Assembly (NCBI GenBank): GCA_965219415.1
Contig: CBDCNP010000002.1
Span: forward strand, 3,328,001 to 3,392,000
Direction of reading: 5' to 3'
Source: Candidatus Marinacidobacterales bacterium
Lineage (GTDB): Bacteria > Acidobacteriota > Vicinamibacteria > Marinacidobacterales > DATDRI01
DNA length: 64,000 bases
Within the stretch, counting starts at the first letter, position 1, and every line of letters starts with the position of its first letter. The notes under the pieces are model-generated. The model did not search any database and was not told the origin of the DNA. It saw only the letters and a program-made list of their open reading frames with translations. Position numbers and translations under genes: made by a program. This document shows positions 52,548-63,008 of this stretch, piece by piece.

Positions 52548-55379
52548 TTAGGACACCGGAAGTCCGGCAGAAACCAAACCGAGCCGCGGTTCGCCAACGT
52601 GGCGTGCGATTTGCTCCGCTGCCTGGTCTCGCAATCGAACCATCTCGGCGAGCGAGCCGTCCCGAGCGAGAAGCGGGGCCTCCACTACAATCGCGAGCTC
52701 GCTGGCGCGAGGAAGCCACGTTTCGTCTCTCAAAAAACGTCGCGTTCCCACCAGCGCTATCGGCACAATGGCCCGGCCCGACTCGGCCGCAAGCTTGAAG
52801 GCACCCATCTTGAAGGGACGCAATCCTGTGGCGCGCGTAAAAGTTCCTTCTGGGAAGAAGAAAATCGAGAACCCTTCCTTCAAGGCATCCCCCAATTTCT
52901 CCGCGTCTCTAACGCTACCCCTCCGGTCGCCGCGTTCAACCGACAGGTGACCGAGACGCTCAATGAGCCTTCCCATCAACGGCCAGGTCATGGCGTCGCT
53001 CTTGACGACGAAAGCGAAGTCGAGCGGGAGCCCCGCCAGCAAAGGCAGAGGGTCAATGTAACTGGCATGATTGGAGACCAAGACGAAGGGCCCCTCAATG
53101 GCGGCCTCTAGATGTTCCAAACCGCTTACTCGAAGACGGTATCCCGCCGAGAACAAGAAGAGCCGGATTCCGATTCGCGATAGGGGGCGGAACAACCGTC
53201 TAGGAACAACCCAGGAAAGTGCCCAGACGGGGAGGAAAAACGCAGCGGCCACAGAGAGCACATAGACTCCGTACGCAAACCGCCCTAGCGCCGTCAAGCC
53301 GCGACGTACGGAAATTACCGCCGCGTGGATGGCCATTTGCCACACCAGCAGCCGGCTTCCTCGGTTCTTGCGTGAGAGCTCCCCTCTCAAATACTGCTTT
53401 CGGCAGCTCGAGCGTCTTAGCTTCCCACTGGACGTCTTGGGGACGGTGCGTGGTGGAACGACAAGAACCTCATCCGCTCCGATACCAAGCAATTCGGTAA
53501 GACGCTGCTGAATCATCAGGGCGATCCCTTTTCTCGCATCGTCACCATCGACGCGTGCTTCGGCAACCACGACGATCTTTTCGGTTCCGAGCCGCGTATC
53601 GTTAACCCCGAAAGCAACCACACACCCGCGGCGCACTCCTTCCACCTCGGCAACCGCTTCTTCGATCGCCTGGGGATACAAATTGCGTCCGGCGCGGATG
53701 ATAATGTCCTTGGTGCGCCCAGTAATGAAGTACTCTCCCTCGACCACGAAGGCGCGATCCCCGGAATCCAGCCAGCCATCCGGCTTCGATATCGACTCCG
53801 TCGCCTCGGTGTTCCGGAAGTAACCCTTCATGGTGGATGGCCCGCGAAAGTAAAGCGCACCCTCGACCCTTTCCGGAAGTTCCTTGCCCTCCTCGTCGAC
53901 GACCCGAAGCTCGTGCCCGGGTAAAGGCGACCCGGCGGAGACGAACCGGAGGGCCGTCTTGTCACTATCGGAAGCGGGCATCGCCCGCATCTCGCTCTCC
54001 AAAGGGTCTCGTGAAATCCTCTCGATCCGGGGTCCATGGCCAATGGGGGGAATGGACAGAGCTAGCGAGGACTCCGCCAAACCGTAAACCGGAGTCATGG
54101 CTTGGGGTTCAAACCCGTAGGCCGCGAACCTTCGACTGAACCGGGAGATGGTGTCCGCGGAGACCGGCTCGGCTCCATTGAGCGCGCCCCGCCAGCTCGA
54201 AAGATCGAGCCCTTCGAGCGCTTCCTCCTGGATCTTTCTTACACAAAGCTCGTAACCGAAGTTGGGCGCCGCGGAAAGAGTGGCCCGCCGTGAGTGGATC
54301 GCCCACAACCACCGCTCGGGTCTAGACAAGAACGTCAGCGGCGACATGATTGTGATCGGAAATCCGAAGACAAGAGGAGTCAGCCAGCAACCGATCAATC
54401 CCATGTCGTGGTAGAGGGGGAGCCAACTGACACCAACGTCGGTCGGTTTCAATTCGAGCGCTTCGCCGATCGCTCGAATGTTCGAGAGAAGATTCCGGTG
54501 AGAAAGCAGCGCCCCTTTAGGATCGCCGGTACTTCCAGAGGTGTACTGGATGAGTGCCGGCGCAGTCGGATCGACCGAGAGCGCCGGCGCAGCGTTCTGG
54601 CTTCCTTGAAGCTCCTCGACCGTCGTAACAACACGCAGGTTTGGGGCACGACTCCGTAAAACATGGCCCAGCGACCGGCCCCGTTCGACAGTTATGAGAA
54701 CCCCAGCGAGGGAATTGACGAGGATATCCACCTGGCGACCCACGTACTCTTCGATCTTGTCCAGGCTAAAAGGAGGATACAGTGGGACCGGCACACCCCC
54801 AGAGAGAAGGATTCCGGCAAAGGCCGTGAAGAAGTCTCTGCTGGTGGGGAGCATGAGGGCCACCGTGTCCCCGTGGCCGACCCCTCTTTCCATGAGCCCA
54901 GCGGCTACGTCGCAAGCCCCCCGGTGAAGTTCACCGTAACGAATGACTTCCTCCCTGCCGCGCTCGCTCTCAAGAAGAATGTGGGCTCTTTGCGGCTCCG
55001 TCTCTGCTCGGAGACGAAGCACTTCGACGAGCGTCTCCGTCTCAACGGAAAGCGATGCACTGGCAAGGGCCGGTGGCGGCGACGATTCCACTCTTTCGTT
55101 GGCTATGGGAGCTTCCACCGAGAGGACGGATTCAACGAGGTCGGCGGGCGTCTCGGCCTCGGCCAAGGCAGATTCGGGAAGCTCTACCGCGAAGGCGCTC
55201 TCGAGTCGGGTGAGCAGCTCTACTCGCTCTAGGCTTCCCAGACCGAGATCTCTCTCGAACGAGGCTTCGAGCTCCACCGCCGCGAGCGCACGGCCTCCCC
55301 CCAAATCGTTCAGGAGCTCACCCAACGCCTGCAAGACCCTCCTCTCGACATCAGCGCGATTGAGTTTTTCGGTGACCAC
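52548..55379 (-). CDS. ACP / fatty acyl-AMP ligase / PlsC acyltransferase fusion
   Basis: LGLGSLERVEL (Ppant serine); QYTSGSTGDPKG, SWLPLYHDMGLIG, YGLAE, PKTSSGK; NHASYID and FPEGT. Confidence 0.92.
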   Translation of the reverse strand: MVTEKLNRADVERRVLQALGELLNDLGGGRALAAVELEASFERDLGLGSLERVELLTRLESAFAVELPESALAEAETPADLVESVLSVEAPIANERVESSPPPALASASLSVETETLVEVLRLRAETEPQRAHILLESERGREEVIRYGELHRGACDVAAGLMERGVGHGDTVALMLPTSRDFFTAFAGILLSGGVPVPLYPPFSLDKIEEYVGRQVDILVNSLAGVLITVERGRSLGHVLRSRAPNLRVVTTVEELQGSQNAAPALSVDPTAPALIQYTSGSTGDPKGALLSHRNLLSNIRAIGEALELKPTDVGVSWLPLYHDMGLIGCWLTPLVFGFPITIMSPLTFLSRPERWLWAIHSRRATLSAAPNFGYELCVRKIQEEALEGLDLSSWRGALNGAEPVSADTISRFSRRFAAYGFEPQAMTPVYGLAESSLALSIPPIGHGPRIERISRDPLESEMRAMPASDSDKTALRFVSAGSPLPGHELRVVDEEGKELPERVEGALYFRGPSTMKGYFRNTEATESISKPDGWLDSGDRAFVVEGEYFITGRTKDIIIRAGRNLYPQAIEEAVAEVEGVRRGCVVAFGVNDTRLGTEKIVVVAEARVDGDDARKGIALMIQQRLTELLGIGADEVLVVPPRTVPKTSSGKLRRSSCRKQYLRGELSRKNRGSRLLVWQMAIHAAVISVRRGLTALGRFAYGVYVLSVAAAFFLPVWALSWVVPRRLFRPLSRIGIRLFLFSAGYRLRVSGLEHLEAAIEGPFVLVSNHASYIDPLPLLAGLPLDFAFVVKSDAMTWPLMGRLIERLGHLSVERGDRRGSVRDAEKLGDALKEGFSIFFFPEGTFTRATGLRPFKMGAFKLAAESGRAIVPIALVGTRRFLRDETWLPRASELAIVVEAPLLARDGSLAEMVRLRDQAAEQIARHVGEPRLGLVSAGLPVS

Positions 55380-55388
55380 GGTGGCGCT

Positions 55389-56393
55389 TCACTCCTTGGG
55401 CGGGCCTTGGTCGGGGCCGAAGAGACTGTTCATGGGTAAAGTGCGCAGGTAGCTCGGCAGCTCGGTGTCGTCCTGGTCATTGTCGTAACTGATGTACAAG
55501 TAATCGCCACCTGCCGCTAGGCCTTCTGTCTTTTTGCCCCGGTCGAACCTGTCTTGGAGGAGCTCTACTCGACCCGTGGTCGAGTAGAACCATAGACGGT
55601 TACCCAGGAAAAGGTGCGTCGTCTCGTCTTCCGTGCTGGTGCCGATCAAGAGCCCGTGACGCTCGGGAACCCACAGAAGCGATGAAATACAAAACGGCGT
55701 ATCGTCGATCATCCCGGCATCGAAGCTCACGGCCAACTCGAGCTCGGCTGGTGGCCCGCCCCGTGCCGCATCCTCCAACTCGGAAAGCGAGAGCCGGTAA
55801 ACGCGAGCCCGGTCGGTCGGCTCCCGAAGGCCCACGTAAAGCTCCGACGATAACGGGTCGAAGGCCAGGCCCTCGATCTTCATGCCCTTCGGACGCCAGA
55901 GCCCCAGCTGTTCGAAGCTCTTGTAGAGTGGAAAGGTTTCGATGCGGTTCGCGTAGGGCTCCAGTCCTCCACCCCCTTCCCTGAGCCGAAACCGAAGAAG
56001 GACGCTTGTGGCCTGCAGCCGGTCCTGTTCCCATCCCGAATGGGAGCCCACAGCGAAGAAGCTCTGAGAGACCTCGTCGAACGCCAAGTCTTCGAACTTG
56101 GCGCCCTCAGCAGGAAACCCTCCCAGGGTTAGGGTCTGCGAGAGAATCCCCAGGCGATCGAACACGAAGAGGGAGGTCAATATATCGTCGACGACCACGA
56201 GTCGGCCCTGAAAGTAGGCGATCCCCGACGCCTCGAGCCTCGGTATCCGCTGGCGATCCGCGTCTCGCAACTCCAGGAGGAATCCGCCGATGTAATTAGG
56301 AAGACTTCCGGCCCACGGGGAGGCGACGCCGATGAATACTGCGAGCCCGGCCCCCACGAGAAAGCGGCGGGGGTGGAGACTAGAGGCGGGCAT
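55389..56393 (-). CDS. Exported beta-propeller-like protein (DUF3616/SdiA-regulated-like)
   Basis: Signal peptide; EASGIA, FEDLA, IEGLA, TEGLA repeats. Confidence 0.7.
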   Translation of the reverse strand: MPASSLHPRRFLVGAGLAVFIGVASPWAGSLPNYIGGFLLELRDADRQRIPRLEASGIAYFQGRLVVVDDILTSLFVFDRLGILSQTLTLGGFPAEGAKFEDLAFDEVSQSFFAVGSHSGWEQDRLQATSVLLRFRLREGGGGLEPYANRIETFPLYKSFEQLGLWRPKGMKIEGLAFDPLSSELYVGLREPTDRARVYRLSLSELEDAARGGPPAELELAVSFDAGMIDDTPFCISSLLWVPERHGLLIGTSTEDETTHLFLGNRLWFYSTTGRVELLQDRFDRGKKTEGLAAGGDYLYISYDNDQDDTELPSYLRTLPMNSLFGPDQGPPKE

Positions 56394-56456
56394 CGGTCGC
56401 GATCGTAGCACAGGGGGGGACGCGCCCTTAGATTCTGACTGGCGCCAAAACATCCA

Positions 56457-56631
56457 GTTGCCAATATCGAGCTAGCCAGGCGGCACTATCGAACGCGGCA
56501 GGACGCGACCGCTAGATCGTGACGGCCGCCGATTCACGGTTTGCCACAACCGGAGTTGGCCAGGCGCGACCGCTAGATCATGATGGGCGTCCAGTAGAGG
56601 TTCGGTGCCACTATCGAACGCGGCAGGACGC
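56457..56631. repeat. Mosaic short direct repeats in a divergent promoter region
   Basis: CACTATCGAACGCGGCAGGACGC at 56484 and 56609; GCGACCGCTAGATC at 56505 and 56566. Confidence 0.75.
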
Positions 56632-56634
56632 CGG

Positions 56635-56664
56635 TTGACACCTTCTCTCGCTCGGCGCTAGAAT
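56635..56664 (+). promoter_or_regulatory. sigma70 promoter for the STAS gene
   Basis: TTGACA-N18-TAGAAT. Confidence 0.7.
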
Positions 56665-56715
56665 TTCTCTGCCCACACCACGACGCCGTCGTGCGCTCGA
56701 GCGGGAGGCCTTTTC

Positions 56716-57069
56716 TTGATCATTGAAAAACGCTCTCGCAGTAACCTAACCATCCTAGACATTGAGGGAGCCATTAGGCTGGGAGAGAGCGCTGAGTTTT
56801 TCTCGCAAACATTGGAGAAAGTCCTTCTGAACGAAACGACGAACATCCTGATCGATTTCACCAGGATCAACTACATCGACAGCACGGGAATCGGTGAGCT
56901 CATCGGATACCTCTCCAAGTTCGCAGGAGAGGATCGGCATGTGATCTTGGTCAACCCTTCCGAGCGTATCTTGAGGCTCCTCAAGGTTGTTCGGCTCGAC
57001 AAAGTCTTCAAGATATTCCCGGACGAGGACTCGGCGGTGGCCTACGCCGAAGCGCAAGGAACTTCCTGA
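56716..57069 (+). CDS. STAS-domain anti-sigma-factor antagonist
   Basis: YIDSTGIGEL phosphorylatable serine motif; GGGAGG RBS. Confidence 0.9.
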   Translation: MIIEKRSRSNLTILDIEGAIRLGESAEFFSQTLEKVLLNETTNILIDFTRINYIDSTGIGELIGYLSKFAGEDRHVILVNPSERILRLLKVVRLDKVFKIFPDEDSAVAYAEAQGTS

Positions 57070-57208
57070 ACGCGTTTTTGACCTTCACTGCACCCCCCTC
57101 TTAGGATGAAAGGAAGACAGGACGGGCAGGAAGAGGATTGCGCACATTGACTGGTCTCGAAGGCGGTCTGGACCTCGGATCCGGCACGATCGGCCGGGAG
57201 TAACGCTA

Positions 57209-57583
57209 TTGAGAGCGAGAACAACTACCCGGAGATCACTCAGAATTCCCTTTGTCCGCCGCTGCACATTTTCCAACGGCGGAAAGGAGGAACCCGCTTT
57301 CTTGATCGACCTTTCGATCGCAGGAGTCTATGTGACGGCGGACAACTTACCCTCGGAGGGTCGTGAAGTCGTTCTTAAGTTTCGCGTCCCCGGCAACGAT
57401 CGACTCCTCGAGGTCCAGGCGATCGTGGTTTACGTCAACCGGGACCAAAAACATCCCGTCCACAGCCTTCCTCCTGGGGCAGGATTGCGGTTCCAGAGCC
57501 TTTCCGTGGAAGACTCCAAGTTAATTGTTGGGACGATACGCGAGTATTGCATGTCGAATCCGATGTATCGCCAGTACCTGTAG
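57209..57583 (+). CDS. PilZ-domain protein
   Basis: RRSLR (RxxxR), DLSIAG (DxSxxG) and GAGLRF. Confidence 0.85.
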   Translation: MRARTTTRRSLRIPFVRRCTFSNGGKEEPAFLIDLSIAGVYVTADNLPSEGREVVLKFRVPGNDRLLEVQAIVVYVNRDQKHPVHSLPPGAGLRFQSLSVEDSKLIVGTIREYCMSNPMYRQYL

Positions 57584-57619
57584 CGGCGAAGTGCTGACGG
57601 GCCGGAGGCCCGCCGGCCG

Positions 57620-57736
57620 GGAGGAATTGCGTTGCGAAGCACATGCGCAAGGAAACCCGGCCGTGGTTTTTGGCCCGAGCGAAGAGCGAGGGCCAGCGCG
57701 CGGGGGTGGGGCCCCGCGCGCACTAAGTAATTTCCC
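57620..57736. repeat. ~115-nt structured dispersed repeat, copy B
   Basis: Diverged copy of 46715-46829, between convergent PilZ and LOG genes. Confidence 0.8.
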
Positions 57737-58219
57737 GGGGGATGGCCGTCCCAAGCGCCAGCTTCACGGCTTGCTCCGGGGAGCTGGCCTTCACCACGCC
57801 CTTGACCTCCCAGCTGCCCAGTCCCATCACGGTCTTCCCCATGGTCAGGGCCATCGCAATCTCGGAGAGCGTCCCGTGCTTTCCGGCCACAGCCACGACG
57901 GCATCGGCGGTCTGGGTGATCAGGAAGTTGCGAAAATGTCCCAGGCCGGTCGCAACCGCACACTCGATATAGGCGTTGGCCTGGTCTTTGAGAACGCCGG
58001 GCAGGAGACCCAGCGTTAAAACCTCCCTCGGCGCGTGCTCCCCGAGCGGCCGCCTCCATCACGCCGCCTAAGTCCCCCACAGACCAATACCGCTCCGGCC
58101 CGCGCAATGGCTCGACCCACTTCTTCGGCCTGGCGAGCGACCTCCTCGGCGCACTCACCGGCACCGACCACCGCGATCTGAACCTTCGGCGAAGTCACTA
58201 TCACCCTCCGAACACTCAT
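57723..58219 (-). pseudogene. LOG/TIGR00725-family protein, two frameshifts
   Basis: IAVVGAG...VCGG / LGGVMEAAARGA / GLLPG...RNFLI...GTLSEIA across three frames. Confidence 0.82.
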
Positions 58220-58433
58220 CCTACTGCTGCGGCTCCAGGGTAGCGAGCTTGACAATCCGGCCACTTATGGCGGAACATGAAGAAGTTACGGGTTCACCTC
58301 CTTGAAGGGGTTACTCTAGCGGAGGGTCATCAAGCCCGCGGAAGGTCCAACTAAGTCCCACGACCGGGAGTTCACTCGCTTCTCGTCAGGCAATCCTCGT
58401 CGTGTGCGTGGCGGCCCCGAGGAGCGGTAAGTC

Positions 58434-58970
58434 ATGGAACAAACGCTCCTCCTCAATGCCACGTATGAACCGCTCCGGGTCGTGTCCTGGCAGAAGGCCA
58501 TCACCCTCCTTACCAAGGGCAAGGTGGAGGTGGTCGTGGCGTACGATCGCGACGTTCGCAGCGTCTCCATCACGTTCAAACTGCCTTCGGTCTTGAGGCT
58601 CCTTCATCGCGTCCGGATCGCCAGACGTTTTCATCGCGTGCCTTTTTCGCGTGCCAACATCTATCTTCGAGACAAGTACCGTTGCCAGTATTGCGCTCGA
58701 CGATTGCCCAGCCTTGAGCTGACATTCGATCACGTCATCCCGGTCTCCAGGGGTGGCCGCAAGGACTGGGAAAACATCGTTACATGTTGCATCGACTGCA
58801 ACCGACTCAAAGGTGGCAAGACGCCCGCGGAGGCCGGCCTTCGCCTCGTCCGTCAGCCCAAACGCCCGACGTTTTTGCCGTCGATTCGGATAACGATCGG
58901 ACTGCGGGAGGTGCCAGAGAGTTGGCGCGACTACCTCTATTGGAACGTCGAACTCGACCAGGACGGTTGA
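58434..58970 (+). CDS. HNH endonuclease (short McrA-like family)
   Basis: LLLNATYEPL, RDKYRCQYC, TFDHVIPVSRGG, WENIVTCCIDCN. Confidence 0.92.
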   Translation: MEQTLLLNATYEPLRVVSWQKAITLLTKGKVEVVVAYDRDVRSVSITFKLPSVLRLLHRVRIARRFHRVPFSRANIYLRDKYRCQYCARRLPSLELTFDHVIPVSRGGRKDWENIVTCCIDCNRLKGGKTPAEAGLRLVRQPKRPTFLPSIRITIGLREVPESWRDYLYWNVELDQDG

Positions 58971-59007
58971 GCACCCCCACTTCCTTTTCCGTTCAGGGAC
59001 GGTTCCC

Positions 59008-60080
59008 ATGAGCCTCGCCGGGAGCCTCAAGACCATGCACGTGGGGGATCTCCTCCAATGGTGCGGCTCTAACCTCAAAACCGGGACGCTGCGCCTGACA
59101 CGCGGGCCGATCGAGAAGCGGCTCTTCTTCAAAAATGGACAACCGTTCTCATCCACCTCGAATAGTCCTCGAGAGACACTCGGTCAATTCCTCATCCGCG
59201 CCGGAAAGCTCAACGAGGAAGAGCTATTCAAAGCGTTGATACAGCAGGATCGGAGTCACGAACCGTTGGGGCAGATACTCATTGGCCAGGGCTTGCTGAC
59301 CGACGAAGAGCTGAATGAGCATTTACGACTGTTTTCTCTGGCCGGACGGCGATTTCGTCTTTGAGGACGATCGGTTGCCAGAACACATATCGGTTTACAT
59401 CCCCCTGGAGCTTACCGCGATTATCCTCGAGGGGGCGCGACGCAGCGATGAATGGAACCGCATCGAGCAAGTCTTTCCTTCTCGCTTTACCACCTTTACC
59501 GTGGAGTCCGACGAGGACGCCGAGCTCTCTGAAGAGGATCGGAAAATACTGGAGCTCGTATCACAGGGAAAGAATCTCGGTGAGATCGCCCTCGAGCTCC
59601 ACGCGGTGGACTTTTATGCCGCCACACGTCTCCACGAGCTGTACCAACGCGGACTGATCAGTGTCGCGGTCGCCATGGAGGAGATCCCGTTCGAGCAGCA
59701 AATGGCGGACCTCCAGGACAAACTTCGGCAGGGTGTCGTGTGCTTCAACGCGGGTCAGCACTCGGAGGCGCTTTCCGCTTTCGAAGCGGCCCCCATCGAT
59801 CCCCAAAACAAGTACGCGGCTCTTCGTGTTGAAGATTCAGCGGGAGATGGAAGACGCGAAGGGCGTCGACGAAATCCCGCTCGACGGGGTTCCCCTGTCG
59901 AGCGTGTCGCTGAACGAGTTGGCCAAATTGGAGCTCGACCCTCACGAAGGGTTCGTCCTTTCTCGAGTCAACGGAGAGTGGAACGTCCGCTCTATCCTCA
60001 AGATTTGCCCGATGCGGGAAGACGAGGTTCTGATCATTTTCAAGCGCCTGGTGGAAAAAGACCTCATTGAGTTCCAGTAG
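59008..60080 (+). pseudogene. DUF4388-domain protein, two frameshifts
   Basis: MSLAGSLKTMHVGDLLQW, LGQFLI, FLWPDGDFVF, LEGARRSDEW, GFVLSRVNG; frame changes near 59325 and 59800. Confidence 0.8.
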
Positions 60081-60163
60081 CCCCTCGGGGACGTCGCACG
60101 CGTCTGCAAGGCCGATTCCCGCATGCTATGATTGGCGTGAGTTCCCTGACTTAGGAATAAGAT

Positions 60164-61192
60164 TTGCCTTCACCGCACCCATCCATTTCTGGTGTCAGTC
60201 CGCCACACGCCGTCGCCGGTGGCCGACTTCAGATTCTGGGCAGCGGTTTCGAGCCGGCTCAAGCACACGCGCACCGGGTGTTTTTCGGAGAGACCCGCGC
60301 ACAGATCGCCAAGGTTTCCGCGAAAGCGATCTCGGTCATCGTTCCGGAAGGTAGCGGCTCGGGGCCGGTCAAGGTAGAGCTCGATGGCGCGGTGAGTAAA
60401 GCGTTCACGGCGTCCGTAGCACGCACCCTTGGGGAACAGCTACACCCGGTATCCAATCCGGTTTTCGATCGAGAAGGAAATCTCTACACCACCTTCAGCG
60501 GAACCCGTGGCCAGAAGGTGCCGGTATCGGTCTTCCGGATCGATCAAGAAGGCAACGTCAAGCCGTTCCTAAGCGAGGTGATGAATCCCACTGGTTTGGC
60601 TTTCGACCGCGAAGGGTACCTGTACATTTCAAGCCGCCAGGAAGGCGCCGTATATCGCGTGAGCCCACAGCGGGACGTCGAGCTCGTAGTCGACGAGCTC
60701 GGTGTCGCAACCGGACTTGCCTTCGATTCGGATGGGATCCTCTATGTAGGGGACCGTCAGGGCACCATCTATCGCATCGAGCAGAGCGGTGAGCCGCGCT
60801 CGTTTTGCCAGCTAGCCCCCTCTGTTGCCGCCTATCATTTGGCGTTCGATGGCGAGGGGAACCTCTTCGTCACCGGCCCCAGTTTGTCGAGCATTGATTC
60901 CGTCTACCGTATCAGCCCCGAGGCCAAGGTCGAAGTTTTCTCGACCGGCTTCGGGCGACCGCAAGGGCTTGCATTCGGTGCCGACGGAAACCTCTACGTC
61001 ACCGAGGCTCTTGTCGGTGATGGTGGCGTGTCCCGGATCACCCCGGACGGCAAACGATCGAGCTTCGCATCGGGCCCACCGTTGGTCGGATTGGCCTTCG
61101 ACGCCAAGGGAGGACTCGCGCTAGCGGGGACGAGCGAGATCTATCACCTGGAAGTGAATATTCGGGGAACTCTACCTAGCCCAGAAAACTAA
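60164..61192 (+). CDS. IPT/TIG + NHL/SMP-30-type beta-propeller protein
   Basis: N-terminal ISGVSP...GSGF; repeated GLAFD..G.LY. Confidence 0.85.
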   Translation: MPSPHPSISGVSPPHAVAGGRLQILGSGFEPAQAHAHRVFFGETRAQIAKVSAKAISVIVPEGSGSGPVKVELDGAVSKAFTASVARTLGEQLHPVSNPVFDREGNLYTTFSGTRGQKVPVSVFRIDQEGNVKPFLSEVMNPTGLAFDREGYLYISSRQEGAVYRVSPQRDVELVVDELGVATGLAFDSDGILYVGDRQGTIYRIEQSGEPRSFCQLAPSVAAYHLAFDGEGNLFVTGPSLSSIDSVYRISPEAKVEVFSTGFGRPQGLAFGADGNLYVTEALVGDGGVSRITPDGKRSSFASGPPLVGLAFDAKGGLALAGTSEIYHLEVNIRGTLPSPEN

Positions 61193-61197
61193 CCCGG

Positions 61198-62372
61198 TCA
61201 GGGTCGGATCCGTACCAAGGCCCGACGAATGGCCTCGGCACGTTTATCGTCCGTCGCCACATCGAGGTAAGACTTACTATCGTCGAGGGCGCGCTGGCGA
61301 TTGTCTTTCGACGGAGAACGTTCGAAGACCTCAATCGAACAAAGAGCCAGCCGATAACTAACATCGGCTTGCCGCTCGTTCCCCGGGTAGCGCAAGAGAA
61401 ACTGACGCCAATCGGCACACTCCGCCGTGAGGTCGACGTCCGAGAACTCGCCTTCCTTCTCTTTCGCGAGGTCGGTCGAGCCCATTGGCTCGTCTCTGAT
61501 CGGATAGCGGGCCACTAGGACGCGATAACCTTGCTCCGCCCTGGTGGCTTCCAGAGCTGGTTGGACTCTCAAAGTTCTGGAGACGGAGATGGGTTGCGCC
61601 GTCGGATCTCGATCGGCCGGAGGCACGGCGGCGGCCGGTTTCGCCTCTGGAACCTCCTGGGCTTCGGGTCCAACAACATTGGCAACACTAGCGGGCTCGT
61701 CCGGCGTCGAGGACCTCGCCCTTGCTTTGTCTCGGTTCCCTTCGTTCAGCTGAATAGGTTTCAGCTCGTCGACGTCCTGCTCGAGTCGACCTCCGATGAC
61801 ACGACGGTGGGCAGTCTCTTTGGCGTCGTCTTGCTTTTTCTGCCCCGCCTTACCCGTCGCCGAAAGAGCACCGGTCGCGAATGCCTCGCGGGCGACTTCT
61901 GGGGCGGCCGGCGGTGCGGGCTCGCCAGCCACTCGCTTACGCGCCGCCTGTTCGAAGCTCTCGTCTTTTAGTTCCGCGACCTCTTGTCGAGCGACATCCT
62001 TCGCAGGTTCGGCGGCCCCTTCTGGCGCTTGACGACGGACCAAAGTCAAAGAGTCGGCCGACGCTTCTGCGGGCTCTTCCTCCATGACCTCTTCTTCTCG
62101 AGCAGGCTGAGCGGGGGCATCCTGTCTAGTGATCGCGAACTCCCGTTCTTCCTCGTTGGAGCGAGTGCCGGAAGCGGGCAACGGTGCGTCCGCCAGAGGA
62201 AACTCGAGAACCCGCAGTCCGACAACGGCAGCCACCAACGCTGCTGCCAGGGCTCCCGCCCATCTGAGCCGCGAGGGTGCGAGCAATCGGCTGAACCAAC
62301 CCGCTCGCCCCTTTGCCACTCTCTTTCTCGATGCGCGACATGATCTTCCGGGGCAATACATCCCAATACAAG
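61198..62372 (-). pseudogene. Probable anti-sigma factor (TM plus low-complexity periplasmic region), N-terminus lost
   Basis: YWDVLPRKIMSRI, then frame change to RWAGALAAALVAAVVG TM; no start codon or zinc finger. Confidence 0.65.
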
Positions 62373-62893
62373 ATGTCGAGCGTCTGCGCGATTTCCTCGT
62401 AGCGCATTTCTTCGTGAACTTTGAGTTAGAAAACGATTCTCTGGTCCGGGGGAAGCTTTTGAACCGACGCATCGAGCGCTTTCCGAAACTCCAACGACAG
62501 CAAGTCGGCGAGCGGCTCGGGTTCACCGTCCGTTCGTGGTGCAGGAGGCTCGGCAGCCGGACCATCGCCTTCCGCGAACTGCTGCTCGCGCCTGGCCGCT
62601 GCGGTCAAGTAGTTGATGCAGAGGTTGGCGGCGATCCGATTGAGCCAAGGCGCGAGCGGCCGGCCGACCTCGAAGCGGTCCAAGTGGGAGTACGCCCTCA
62701 CGAAGGTCTCCTGAACGATATCGTCTGCCACTTCGTGTCTCCGTGTCATGCGCAGGGCTACGCCGTAGACTCGTTTCTGGTAGGAGCGCACGATGGCTTC
62801 GAAGGCTTCCGCATCGCCGGCCCGCGCGCGCACCACCAGGTCGCGATCATTCTCGACCCTCTCACGGTCTTCGACGTAGGCTGGGCTTCCCAA
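62372..62893 (-). pseudogene. ECF sigma-70 factor, frameshifted and C-terminally deleted
   Basis: DRDLVVRARAGD.EAF, DIVQETFVRAY, WLNRIAAN, LPPDQRIVF / LKVHEEMRYEEIAQTLDI; recognition helix absent. Confidence 0.85.
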
Positions 62894-63008
62894 GCCCTTC
62901 CTCCTTACAAGTTGTTACCGGTAGACGCGCCTCTTATTCCCAGGAAAGTGGACACAAAATCCCCTCCGTTAGAGGAGCAGAAAACACCATAGTTTCTCAG
63001 GATAACCC

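Noticed and set aside
56457-56631. Mini CRISPR array
   Set aside because: Only two identical units, irregular spacing, intervening sequence is itself repeated, and no cas genes
58250-58970. HNH gene as IscB/HEARO or a defence system
   Set aside because: It is the common short LLLNAxYEPL HNH family with no RuvC or PLMP motifs, no partner genes and no convincing upstream RNA structure
62129-62992. 287-aa plus-strand ORF and similar long antisense ORFs (e.g. 21554-22639, 7411-8112)
   Set aside because: Shadow frames of GC-rich genes on the opposite strand
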